A stretch of 63,596 bases of DNA, filler included, from Octopus bimaculoides (GCF_001194135.2; 9 parts of 8 records of this genome joined end to end with filler, not necessarily neighbours in it); one strand, 5' to 3'; shown: positions 38,091-50,927, counted from the whole stretch's first letter. A program made the numbers and translations. The notes: a model not told the origin generated them from the sequence alone.

Positions 38091-38949
38091 ATTATGTGTA
38101 TTTCTTCTATCTTAATGAATAAAAATTCTTCTGATAGAATAAATGGGTTAATAGAAACCAATGTAGCAAAGAACACAAAATAACTGTGGTTTAGTTCCTG
38201 TTTTTAAGGCAGGAACTCCTTGAAATTTTGGGTATTTGAGTATATTTAAGAATTTATGCGTTTTCTCCATTCCTTAAATTCTTAAATATATATGTATATA
38301 TATATATATATGTATATGCTTATATATATACGTGTATGTATATACTTATATTTATACGTGTATATGTATGTATGTATATATAACACATATATACATATAT
38401 AATAGACCTCGTATATATGTACAACTTTAAGATATGTAACCCTGTCTCCAACACAGCAAAAGGAAATGTTCAGATATCGAACATTGATGCAAGAAAAAAC
38501 AACTGCTTCTCGTGAGAGTAGCATTTCAAAGTCGGATGACATCTGTTGTAGGAGTTTGTAGTAATCACACCACTAAAATTATTTTACTCCTACACTGAAT
38601 CATACAAAAAATATTCAATGAAATACGTGGCAAATTCAAAATAAGAAAAACTGATTTTTATAAAAAGTGTTACAGATGGTGACTCCACGTCTCGCAGCAT
38701 AAAGGAAGGGTTTTTCTTTTTCTTTTTTAGAGCTGTGGTGTAAAACCAGCTCTCCTCATTTAACAGTAATTCGGTTTCGAGCGGATATATACGCTTTCCG
38801 CGTTGAAAAGGTTAGTTTCTCTTCCAAGGAAAAGCTGCATTCAGCCGTAGGCCAATTGTTGCAGTATGACGTGTTCATTCAGTGCTGCTTAGATGTTCTT
38901 TTCTTCCAAGACAGGATGTTCAGCCGTCTTTTCTATTTTCGAAATCCTT

Positions 38950-39140
38950 TCTGAAAGATTTCAGGGATGGTGAGTCGATTTTCCCATCCTAGAAATCTTT
39001 TCTTAAAGATTTAGTCTTCATGATTGATGAGTTTGAAGAAATATCTTTACTGTCAAATGCTCTTCAATCAAGGCGTATAAATCTAACAAAAGCTGAAGCA
39101 ATGAATAAGAAGATCAATCAGGGTTTTCTGAGTGCCTAAA
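38950..39140 (+). mobile_element. Probable hAT (KIAA1586/ZNF862-like) transposase relic
   Basis: SFLKDLVFMIDEFEEISLLSNALQSRRINLTKAEAM resembles the FL.DL.LM.D.L.E.S.LS.ALQ.R.I.L..A block; single motif only. Confidence 0.5.
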
Positions 39141-39416
39141 GAAAATGGAGGAGAAGGGGAACTTATGGCAGAGAACTACGGGAGACACTTTATCTGTAGA
39201 TATTTCTACACATTGAACTTGTTGAAAATAACAATCGCAGAAGGTAAAATTAAGAAGAAACCCAGAGATGTAGATATTTCTTAAACCAAGCAATGCTTTT
39301 CTACTCTAAGCACAAGGCCCGAAATTTATGGGGAAGGGGTCAGTTGATTCGATCGACAACAGTACGCAACTGGTACTTAATTTATCGACTAATTCCGCTA
39401 AGCATTTTCCGCTAAG

Positions 39417-39420
<4 letters not shown>

Positions 39421-39447
<27 letters not shown>

Positions 39448-39448
39448 G

Positions 39449-39494
<46 letters not shown>

Positions 39495-39496
39495 TG

Positions 39497-39529
<33 letters not shown>
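39421..39529 (+). repeat. (AAT)n microsatellite
   Basis: Read directly; two GAT interruptions. Confidence 0.95.
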
Positions 39530-39530
<1 letters not shown>

Positions 39531-39673
39531 GAAAACTGTTGACAATGCATAGAATGCACCACCCTAAGGCAGATATAGAACGTCTTTATCTGCCAAGAAA
39601 AGAGGGAGGTCGAGGACTACTACAGCTGGCATTATCAATGAAGGTAGCCACAATTGGCCTAGACGCCTATATG
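39530..39673 (+). mobile_element. 5'-truncated R4/Dong-clade non-LTR retrotransposon fragment
   Basis: RKLLTMHRMHHPKADIERLYLPRKEGGRGLLQL, the R4-type post-RT motif; starts flush after (AAT)n and is cut by an artificial join. Confidence 0.8.
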
Positions 39674-39773
39674 NNNNNNNNNNNNNNNNNNNNNNNNNNN
39701 NNNNNNNNNNNNNNNNNTTAATTAATTAANNNNNNNNNNNNNNNNNNNNNNNNNNNNNNNNNNNNNNNNNNNN

Positions 39774-40152
39774 GGGAGGCGCAATGGCCTAGAGGTTAGG
39801 GCAGCGGACTCGCGGTCATAAGATCGCAGTTTCGATTCCCAGACCGAGCGTTGTGAGTGTTTATTGAGCGAAAACACCTAAAGCGCCACGAGGCTCCGGC
39901 AGGGGATGGTGGGGAACCCTGCTGTACTCTTTCACCACAACTTTCTCTCACTCTTACTTCCTGCTTCTGTTGTGCCTGTAATTCAAAGGGTCAGCCTTGT
40001 CACACTGTGTCACGCTGAATATCCCCGAGAACTACGTTAAGGGTGCACGTGTCTGTGGAATGCTCAGCCACTTGCACGTTAATTTCACGAGCAGGCTGTT
40101 CCGTTGATCGGATCAACTGGAACCCTCGACGTCGTAAGCGACGGAGTGCCAA
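39774..40152 (+). mobile_element. SINE family C, full length, tRNA-derived head
   Basis: A-box TGGCCTAGAGG, B-box GTTTCGATTCC, body shared with 25822-26097 and in part 60955-61185; (CA)n tail. Confidence 0.88.
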
Positions 40153-40586
40153 CACACACACATTATACCAGAGAAGCAAAAAACGGAAAAGAAATTATTA
40201 CTCTAGCTTGACTTGTCTAAATTGTGTTCTTTTAAACGAACTAAAGAACTAAAACAGGAATCTGTGGCGCCAAAAAGGAGAGTTCACAATGGGAACCAAT
40301 AGAATTATTCAGTTTGTATACACAGCTGTTGTATGATTATTATAGGTAAACAAATAATCCAAGCGTAGATTTCTGTTAAACGTTTAATTTCCAAAAATTG
40401 TCCTTCCATAATGTCCTTTAGTCATTTTTACAACAGAAACTTTCTCTTTATTCGCGGAATATAAATGATCTGAGAAGACAACCCTAACCCCAACAAAGAA
40501 AAAATATAAATATAATAAAGTAAAAATAATAGTAAACACACACACACATGTATATGTAAATATATATATATGTATATAAATGTATG

Positions 40587-40684
<98 letters not shown>

Positions 40685-41891
40685 ATATATATCTTTATAT
40701 ATTCATATATACATATATATATATATATATACATACATAGACATATATACACATATATATACATACATAGATATATATGTTTGTATGTGTGTATGTGTGT
40801 GTGTGCGTGTGTGTTCCGTATTCGTAGAACTATGGCGCCAAAAAGCAAAGCCACATTCAGTTGTGGATCTAATTAAAATCTATAGTTTTGTGTATACAAC
40901 TGTTTTATGGTTTCTTAATATTTAATATACAATTCAAGCATGGAATTCACAATACGGAAAATATAATGGCCGCCCAATGAAAGAGACGAAACTATGAAGA
41001 AGCGACAGCAGCTTATTGCACTTTACTGTAAATAATGTTTCATTAAAGTTCCATCAGGTTATCCGCTCTCTCACGCATGGTTAACTTCTGGGTCGGTTGT
41101 GGTGGTTGAAACACGTTAATGTAGTGATTTTGAAGCAATATGAATAAGGTAAACAAAGTTTAATCGCTATAGATAGGAACAAGAACGCTTCGTGGGTGTT
41201 AGGGATGTAGAAGAGGGAGAAAATACCAAGTGCACTAGTAGTGTATTTCATGTATTCTATATTTGTATTTGTTTCTCAAGATTCTTGATGTGAGACCGTC
41301 TATTGGAAGATATCGTCTTTTAGGAGAGTCAATTTGTTAGTATTTTAGGGTGAACAGTTTTCTGCTGAGGGTTCTGTCGTACTCTGTATCCGAATGCAGG
41401 AGTCGACCTCTTATCAGGCGGTGAAGCAACTCTCAAGGTGTGTCGACCCCTTCTACTGCAAATCCAGAGCTAGTGTAGGTGACGAAACTCCTAAACAACA
41501 GCACGAGTTTTGTCATGGATTCAAATATAATATCAGAAGCACAAGTTCGTGCCCTGCAGTCCAACAGGCCCCGTATTAAACATTTCATATCGGGTTGAAG
41601 TTGTGATTTTATTCTACGCCTTTAACGCAATATCAAAGATTAAACTTTATTTTTTATCTTTTACTTGTTTCGGTCGTGCTGGGGTCAGGGCCTTGAAATA
41701 TTGTAGTCGAACGAATCGATCCCAGTACATTTTTTCCCCAAATCTGGTACTTATTCTATCGGTTTCTTTTGCTGAACCACTTAGTTATGAAGATGTAAAC
41801 ATACCAACATCTGTTGTCAAGCTGCAGTAGTGGGGACAAACATAGACAGAAAACACACACACACGGAGTCATACATACAGTCACACACACA

Positions 41892-41949
<58 letters not shown>

Positions 41950-42659
41950 NNNNNNNNNNNNNNNNNNNNNNNNNNNNNNNNNNNNNNNNNNNNNNNNNNN
42001 NNNNNNNNNNNNNNNNNNNNNNNNNNNNNNNNNNNNNNNNNNNNNNNNNNNNNNNNNNNNNNNNNNNNNNNNNNNNNNNNNNNNNNNNNNNNNNNNNNNN
42101 NNNNNNNNNNNNNNNNNNNNNNNNNNNNNNNNNNNNNNNNNNNNNNNNNNNNNNNNNNNNNNNNNNNNNNNNNNNNNNNNNNNNNNNNNNNNNNNNNNNN
42201 NNNNNNNNNNNNNNNNNNNNNNNNNNNNNNNNNNNNNNNNNNNNNNNNNNNNNNNNNNNNNNNNNNNNNNNNNNNNNNNNNNNNNNNNNNNNNNNNNNNN
42301 NNNNNNNNNNNNNNNNNNNNNNNNNNNNNNNNNNNNNNNNNNNNNNNNNNNNNNNNNNNNNNNNNNTATATATATGTATGTATAAACAGATATAAAAGAG
42401 AGAGAGAGAGAATTTGGGTGAGTTTGTGTGTGTGTGTGTGTGTGTTTATCTTTCACTAATATATATCGGCAAAGGACATAAAAGTCAACTAGAAAGCCGG
42501 AAATCTGTTGTATTGTATCGCCTAAATGTGTTGCGTGCAACCAATGGAGTTCATGTCGAATGCTGCTGAGTTATCTGCAATTTTTGTCCTGAATTCTTCA
42601 AATTGTAAAGGTAATTTATGTGGACACCCTATGTAAAATAATAATAAGTTATAAGTCAT

Positions 42660-43150
42660 CAAACGCACTGTGAACAGCGAGATTCAAAACAATGACTTGC
42701 ATATTCATTCTTAATACGTTCTGGTAGATTTAAACGTGAAATTGCTAATCGCTATTGTGTTCCATCACCGGAGAACTTCTCCTTTATGACGACTTTGTAT
42801 TTATAACACAGTCTATTCATTACTGCAAGGGGTTCTGGGACAAACGGGATTTCGATATCAATTGTGTTTCGTCAGCCAGAAACATTGTCGGTCCAATGAA
42901 TGTAACAAGAACCGATAGTCTTATTTATAATTTCAGACTGTTCGATGATCTGTGATGATATTTGCCAACTAACAATAAATCATTATATGCATAGTGAACA
43001 GCGAGAATCAAAAACGATGACTTCCACATTCCTTTATAATACGCTGCTGTGAACTCGAACGTAAATATGCTAATCGTTGTGGTGTTTCATAACAGGAGAA
43101 ACTTTCTCCTTTACGACGAATGTGTGTTTATAATACATTCGATTCATTTG
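42660..43150 (-). repeat. Unclassified interspersed repeat with two diverged internal units (period about 324 bp)
   Basis: GTGAACAGCGAG...GCTAATCG...GGAGAA..TCTCCTTTA.GACGA at 42670 and 42994; the reverse complement matches 51135-51640. Confidence 0.7.
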
Positions 43151-43174
43151 CACAAAATATAAGTTGTTAGTTCT

Positions 43175-43591
43175 TACTTTACTTTTTTACTTTTTTACTT
43201 GTTTCAGTCATTTGACTGCGGCCATGCTAGAGCACCGCCTTTAGTCGAGCAAATCGACCCCGGGACTTATTCTTTGTAAGCCTAGTACTTATTCTATCGT
43301 TCTCTTTTGCCAAACCGCTAAGTGACGGGGACATAAACACACCAGCATCGGTTGTCAAGCAATGCTAGGGGGACAAACACAGACACACAAACACACACAC
43401 ACACACACATGTATATATATACATATATACGACGGGCTTTCAGTTTCCGTCTACCAAATTCACTCACAAGGCTTTGGTCAGCCCGAGGCTATAGTAGAAG
43501 ACACTTGCCCAAGTTGCCACGCAGTGGGACTGAACCCGGAACCATGTGGTTGGTAAGCAAGCTACTTACCACACAGCCCCTCCTGCGTCTA
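43175..43591 (-). mobile_element. SINE family B, full length, central (CA)/(TA) tract
   Basis: Pol III-like head, two halves, TAAAAAAG-type repeated tail. Confidence 0.9.
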
Positions 43592-44130
43592 TCATATAAC
43601 AACTATGCTTACTGTCAACTTATCAGCAGGGAAATCTCTCTCTCTTGCAAGAAAAAACAGCTAAATCTACCTCAAATTATACCGTGTTACCTTTCAAGGA
43701 TGGGACGCACAAAGCAATATAGTCATTGCTTCAGGGAATAATGACCATAGCTAGAACAACTTCAATTATACATCTGATGACTCAGAACTGACCGACAGGC
43801 CCAGTATCAAGAAAAGCAATAAGCTATCGCCGAAACCTCTACAAGAATTACCAGAAGGGTAAAATGGATAAGCAATATTCGAATTCGTTGAATTAACCCG
43901 AGCAGAAAAGTAGGAGCCATTGAATTTTGCTGGAGAATAACATCTTGTATGACTCATTACCTCCTCTCTTCTTTTGTAATCTTTCTATCTTTCTCTTTTT
44001 CACCTTTGTTTCTTTCCTTTTCACTCTAACCCAAACATGATAAACAGTAAAGTCCGCTCCTTCTCCCTCAGCTTCTATCTCTCCCATACATACATACATA
44101 CATACATACATACACGTGTTTGTGTGTATG

Positions 44131-44199
<69 letters not shown>

Positions 44200-44838
44200 T
44201 ATATATATATATATGTATATATACACACTCATGGATACAAATACACACATACACACATAAACTCACATAGACACACACATGCAGGTATACGTGTCCAACC
44301 GCCATCGCTGCTTTAAACCTATCCGAACAGCGCCGTTCTCGTCATTTACGAAAACAAGATAAACATTTTCTTCGCGTAATTACTGGCTTTTCGTTGATTC
44401 CTTGAGTTGTGCCAAATCCACTCAAGTTGTAATTTGTCCGTCGGCATCGCAGATATCTTCAACAAGTTCTCCTGTACTTTGTCAGGTTTTTGGCATATTT
44501 TCAGATATTCTACATCTTTTTTGTTGCTATCGGGATTCATAAATAAATTTTGAAATAAATTAAAACAGGTTTTGCTTTGTTATCTGCTTTTCATCAACCA
44601 ATCATATATTTTCAACAGTTAACTATCTAATTAACAATTACTTGCCGGCTTTGTTAATGTTGATGTTATTGTTGTTGTTTAGATCCAGGTCACCTCTGAT
44701 AGGGTACACTTATGGGTGGGAGGCCATATGCCTTCCAGTAGGGACAGACGTTAGAGGATATGTTGGCGACAGGGTTCACTCCATGCCCAACAGTCTTCAA
44801 CTAGCTGCGAAGAAAAGATGTCAGAAAATTGTCATTAT

Positions 44839-45003
44839 ACAGGCGCAAATGTGGCTGTGTGGTAAGAAGCTTGCTTCCCAACCACATTGTTCGGGGTTCA
44901 GTCCCACTACGTGGCATTTTGAGCAAGTGACTTCTATTATAGCTACGGGCTGACCAAATCCTTGTGAGTGGATTTGGTTGACGGAAGCTGAAGGCGGCCC
45001 AAC

Positions 45004-45040
<37 letters not shown>

Positions 45041-45050
45041 NNNNNNNNNN

Positions 45051-45088
<38 letters not shown>

Positions 45089-45302
45089 ATATTTGTGTAT
45101 TTGTGTCTGTGTTTGTCCTACCCACGATCTCTTGACAATGGATGCTGGTGTGTTTACGTCCTGTAACTTAGCGGTTCGGCCAAATAGACCGATAGAATAA
45201 GTACTAGGCTTACAAATAATAAGTCCAGGTGGCGATTACTTTGACTAAAAGGAGGTGCCCCAGCATGGCCGTAGTCAAAATGACTGAAATAGGTAAAAGA
45301 AT
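44839..45302 (+). mobile_element. SINE family B, full length, central (TA)n
   Basis: ACAGGCGCA..GTGGCTGTGTGGTAAG head through ...TGACTGAAATAGGTAAAAGA tail. Confidence 0.88.
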
Positions 45303-46000
45303 ATCTGGACCATGAAAGAGGACAAGTGATACAGTAAGAAGGGCACTGGGGATGACAGAAACAGTTGACCCAGAGTCGCGAGATCTAATTCGACAAAGCT
45401 CGTTGCGGTGGTAGGGACCGAAACACTTACAGAGCTGTTTTGCCGGCTGATGAGACATCGGTTCCTGCTTTTGGAGACAGAATACAGCATCGCCCTAAAC
45501 AAATAATGAAAAGCGTTCCAATTGCGTTCATCTCCTATCTTTTAGGCGAATATACAATGTTCAACATACCCTTTCCATATTTAAAATGGAAAGACGTGAT
45601 ATGGGGGGAACTGTTGTAGCAAATCCAGCGATCACACAGAGTTTATGACTATTACTAAAATTGAAATAGTGAATCGTAGTCTTTTTTCTCCTGCTTTCTC
45701 TATAAATTCTCTTCAAATTCAGTTGTAACGCTTCTAAACCACTTGAAAGCGTGATTTAATTAATCTTATTGACTTTAATGTCATGTAGCTGTTGACGTTT
45801 TGACAGACATTTCTTCATCATAATATTCGCTTCCATCTTATTAAACAGATATTAGGGTCCTGTTTCCTTTATAAAGTAAACGCACACACACACATATTTC
45901 TATAAGAGCAGAGCCCAAAAGAATATACAGACCATACATAGATACTCAATACACATGCGCACAAGCACAAATATTTGTGTGTGTGTGTGTATGCATGTAT

Positions 46001-46242
46001 AGGCGACAGAATCGTTAGCACGCCGGGAAAAATACTTAGCGGTGTTTCGTCCGTCTTTACGTTCAGAGTTCGAATTCCGCCGAGGTCGACTTTGACTTTC
46101 ATCCCTTCGGAGTTGATAAAACCAGTAGGAATCAAGCACTGGGATCGATAAAATAAGTACCAGTTGAGAACTGGGGTCGATGTAGTAGACTTACCCCGTC
46201 CCCCGAAATTGCTGGTCATATTCCAAAATTTGAAAGTAATAT
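46001..46242 (+). mobile_element. SINE family A with locally duplicated core (GATAAAA...CCAGT twice)
   Basis: Head, B-box, core duplication at about 46113-46175, tail. Confidence 0.8.
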
Positions 46243-46448
46243 CTATACCTTAACGCCAATTGCATTTCATTTAATTGAAGAATACCAATTAAAAATATTA
46301 TTTCAAAAATTAGTTTATATGCAATCCTGTTTATTAAATATATTCACGATGTGTTTCATCAAATTTTTTCTATAAATTTAATTTCTATATCACTCTTCCC
46401 AATTTTATTTCTGTCTTCTTATTGATTATCATCATCATTATTATTATT

Positions 46449-46821
46449 GTTATACGAAAACACACAGCTTATTTTGCTGGGCATGATGGAAAGTATCAGC
46501 TGTCCACAGCCAGCAGACTAAGGTGACACTTCTTTACTAGTCATGCTTCAAGGACTCTGTGAAGAATTTCTGCAGTTCCAAACAATGCTGATTTTTGTAG
46601 GTGTTCTACCTTCACACTTGCACCGATCTTTTTCAGCCATGTTGCTAGTAGAGTGCTGATACTTCCAAGTGCACCAATTACTATTAGTATCACGTCTACT
46701 TTCTTGACCACAACCTTCGAATTTCCCACTTCAAATCGTCATAGTCGTTTATTTTTTCTTCTTTCACACTGATCCTGTTGTCACTGGGGCATGCTATGTC
46801 GATTATCATACATGTTCTTTC

Positions 46822-46824
<3 letters not shown>
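46449..46824 (-). mobile_element. R4/Dong-clade 3' end: restriction-like endonuclease C-terminus plus 3' UTR
   Basis: RTCMIIDIACPSDNRISVKEEKINDYDDLKWEIRRLW, one frameshift, then KKVDVILIVIGALGS...LQKSALFGTAEILHRVLEA*; TAA-rich repeats on both sides. Confidence 0.82.
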
Positions 46825-46885
<61 letters not shown>

Positions 46886-48033
46886 TAGTTTTATTTTTAT
46901 AACGTGCTTTCACTTCACTACCGAGCGCAGCTCTGTGCGCCTTGGGTATGTGCTGTGGTTTGCTGTGGTGCTCTTATGTTTACTGTATTGAAAGTGTTTT
47001 GCGTAGAATGTGTGCAGTACCCAGTAGTGCAATTTTCTGTATGTTATANNNNNNNNNNNNNNNNNNNNNNNNNNNNNNNNNNNNNNNNNNNNNNNNNNNN
47101 NNNNNNNNNNNNNNNNNNNNNNNNNNNNNNNNNNNNNNNNNNNNNNNNNNNNNNNNNNNNNNNNNNNNNNNNNNNNNNNNNNNNNNNNNNNNNNNNNNNN
47201 NNNNNNNNNNNNNNNNNNNNNNNNNNNNNNNNNNNNNNNNNNNNNNNNNNNNNNNNNNNNNNNNNNNNNNNNNNNNNNNNNNNNNNNNNNNNNNNNNNNN
47301 NNNNNNNNNNNNNNNNNNNNNNNNNNNNNNNNNNNNNNNNNNNNNNNNNNNNNNNNNNNNNNNNNNNNNNNNNNNNNNNNNNNNNNNNNNNNNNNNNNNN
47401 NNNNNNNNNNNNNNNNNNNNNNNNNNNNNNNNNNNNNNNNNNNNNNNNNNNNNNNNNNNNNNNNNNNNNNNNNNNNNNNNNNNNNNNNNNNNNNNNNNNN
47501 NNNNNNNNNNNNNNNNNNNNNNNNNNNNNNNNNNNNNNNNNNNNNNNNNNNNNNNNNNNNNNNNNNNNNNNNNNNNNNNNNNNNNNNNNNNNNNNNNNNN
47601 NNNNNNNNNNNNNNNNNNNNNNNNNNNNNNNNNNNNNNNNNNNNNNNNNNNNNNNNNNNNNNNNNNNNNNNNNNNNNNNNNNNNNNNNNNNNNNNNNNNN
47701 NNNNNNNNNNNNNNNNNNNNNNNNNNNNNNNNNNNNNNNNNNNNNNNNNNNNNNNNNNNNNNNNNNNNNNNNNNNNNNNNNNNNNNNNNNNNNNNNNNNN
47801 NNNNNNNNNNNNNNNNNNNNNNNNNNNNNNNNNNNNNNNNNNNNNNNNNNNNNNNNNNNNNNNNNNNNNNNNNNNNNNNNNNNNNNNNNNNNNNNNNNNN
47901 NNNNNNNNNNNNNNNNNNNNNNNNNNNNNNNNNNNNNNNNNNNNNNNNNNNNNNNNNNNNNNNNNNNNNNNNNNTATATATATATATATATATATATATG
48001 AACTAGAAGAAAATGGAGCGTTTATAGATAGGA

Positions 48034-48365
48034 ATTAATATATTAACATATAGTTAATTGAAATACCTACAATTGTTTCAATTTTACTCAATACTAATTA
48101 CAAATTTAATAAATAAAATAAAATTTCCGTTTAGAACATTATATGGTTAAATCTCATCAGGGCTAACTGACATAAAAAGATAAGATGTTGTTAGGTTGGG
48201 ATTTTAAAACAAACTGATGAGATTTTACGCTCATAATATTCTAAATGCAAATTTTGTTTTATTTTATTTATGTATTTCTAATATATATAATATATTTCAA
48301 ATTAGTATTGAGTAAAATTGAAACAATTGTAGGTATTTTAATCAACTCTATGTGAATAAATTAAT
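48034..48365. repeat. Foldback of about 330 bp with a 39-bp perfect inverted repeat core (MITE-like)
   Basis: 48061-48099 is the exact reverse complement of 48300-48338; imperfect pairing continues inward to a 53-nt loop and outward. Confidence 0.88.
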
Positions 48366-48590
48366 ATATATCTTTATACTCTCTATGTTCTTCTTGTTTA
48401 TCATATTCCACATTTTCATACACTCATTTATATCGATGTGATATTTAGTTTAGATATAGGGTATTACACCAGTATAACTAGGATGATTTCATCCCTATAA
48501 GAGCACTACATATCCACGCAGTAGAATATATATATGTATATATATATATATATATATATAGATAGATAGATAGATAGACAGATAGATATA

Positions 48591-48832
48591 TAGTTTTGGG
48601 GAAAAGAACCATGGTTCATGATCTCATCGATGAAAATCCACTGTCACATATAGAAAAATTAATAATTAAAAGCACAATAAATAAGTATAATATAATATAA
48701 AGTAAATATCATAAGATAAACTTTGTATTATATTATACTTATTTATTGAGCTTTTAATTATTAATTTTTCTATATGTGACAGTGGATTTTCATCGATGAG
48801 ATCACGAACCTTGGTTCTTTTCCCTAAAACTA
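48591..48832. mobile_element. 242-bp almost fully palindromic MITE-like element in a TA-rich tract
   Basis: Arms 48591-48703 and 48720-48832 (113 bp, 5 differences), 16-nt loop, TA on both sides. Confidence 0.85.
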
Positions 48833-49289
48833 TATATATATATATAATCATATACGTTTTGGTATATATATATAATTAAGTTGCGTTATTTCGAATGAGT
48901 TAGCGCAACATCGTTTAACCTATTAATATTCGCTTGGAAAACACGTATACGATTACGTAATTCCTTGTCATAATAATACCAGTTAAACTCTTCTCTTTTA
49001 CTGTGATCTCGGATTATTTTGGCAGAAGCATATATGTATATATATATGTGTGTGCATGTATGTATGTATGTATGTATGTATGTATGTATATATTTATATA
49101 AACATATATATNNNNNNNNNNNNNNNNNNNNNNNNNNNNNNNNNNNNNNNNNNNNNNNNNNNNNNNNNNNNNNNNNNNNNNNNNNNNNNNNNNNNNNNNN
49201 NNNNNNNNNNNNNNNNNNNNNNNNNNNNNNNNNNNNNNNNNNNNNNNNNNNNNNNNNNNNNNNNNNNNNNNNNNNNNNNNNNNNNNNNN

Positions 49290-49336
<47 letters not shown>

Positions 49337-50189
49337 ATGTATGTATGTATGTATATATGTATGTATGTATGTTTGCATATATGAGTGTATGCATGTATGT
49401 ATATATAATATACATACACACCCGCACAAACATACATATAAATATACATGAACACATATATATATATATCTTTTCTTAATGGCGTCTTGCTATGAGTGGC
49501 TTTGCATATCTGCTCACTAACTTCTAACATTACTAACTTAATATAATTGTCTCCATCAATTTCCTTATGTCTAAGTCTATCGTGTGCATTATACAGAACA
49601 CAAGGTCCACTATCGAACTATACTAACATCCTATTATCGATGTGATTATTTATCTATATGTTTATTATTAATGATATTCTTACATATATATATTTATATG
49701 AACATCTCGTGTATATAGTGAATAAATATTTTATGATCGGGTTTAATATTGCTCGGTAGATTTATAGAATTGTTAATATGCCGATCAAAAAAACCTTCTT
49801 GTGTACTTGTTTTATTTTACGTTATCAGCTTCAAATCACATTGATATCAGCCTTGCTTTTCGTCCTATCGGGATCGATAAAATAAAGTACACGTCAAGTA
49901 TTTGTCCTGGTGGCATCGACTCAGCCTCTCTCCTAAATTCCTGGCACAGAAGCAGGTATTCAAGCTATGGCTGAATTTATTATGCGAGCGCGCGTGTTTG
50001 TGTGTATGTGTGTGTGTGTTTGTGTATGTTTCTGTACATGTCTGTGTGTATGTGTGTGTTTGTGGTATCACATTCTATCCACCGCTTGACAATTAGTGTT
50101 AGTTTGTTTATGACCCCGTAACTTAACAGTAAAATAAGTACAAATCTTGAAAAGAAAAAAAAAAAAGAAAACTCCAGAAAAACCCATTT

Positions 50190-50507
50190 ATTTTTCACGT
50201 ATTTCAGTCACTGGACTGCGGCCATACTGGGACACCAACTTGAAGATAATAGTCGAACAAATCAACCTCAGCACTTCAGTTTTTTTTCCAGTTTGGTACA
50301 TATTTTACCGCTAAGTTACGGGGACATAAGCCAACCAACACTGGCTATCAAGCAGGAGTAGAGTGTGATACCAGACATTGACACAGACATACACATAGAC
50401 ACACAGACTCACACACAAACATACACAAATATACCCGCATATATACTTACTCGTACACACACACACAACATCGGTGCTCCAGTATAGTCGAGCTAAGCCA
50501 ATAAAAG

Positions 50508-50539
<32 letters not shown>

Positions 50540-50665
50540 CGCTTCTTCACAGTTTCTCTCTACCAAACTTACAAGGCATTGATCAGATTGGGTCTATGGT
50601 AGAAGATATTTTCAACCACATGGTTGCAAAGCGCGCTACCTAACCACATAGCCAGATCTGCACCT
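50190..50665 (-). mobile_element. SINE family B, degenerate
   Basis: 3' half at 50190-50400, microsatellite, 5' half at 50540-50665. Confidence 0.7.
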
Positions 50666-50927
50666 ATATTTATCTACTATTTTTATTTTTAACCACGTCT
50701 CCTCTGTACAGTTTTTTTCTCCGGCTAAGCCAGTGTCTGTTTACTGCATTGACATTTTGCAGTCCCGAATTTAATTCATTTTTTTAGCTTTTGCGACATT
50801 TTCTGTTATTGTTTCTATATCAGCTTCCATGTCATGTGTGTTGGCCACATTGCTGACGTTAAATAGTTTCCATTTTGATAATTTTTTTTGTAGTCATAGT
50901 TCTATTTCTCAATATTTGTGTTGTAGA

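Noticed and set aside
39774-39850. tRNA gene
   Set aside because: A and B boxes are present but there is no complete cloverleaf, and it continues into a multi-copy SINE body.
43751-43860. Exon-like open frame NNFNYTSDDSELTDRPSIKKSNKLSPKPLQELPE
   Set aside because: Weak acceptor without a pyrimidine tract, no recognisable homology, adjacent to repeat fragments.
45415-45460. Type II hammerhead (GAAA ... CTGATGA)
   Set aside because: Stems I and II cannot form beyond one or two pairs.
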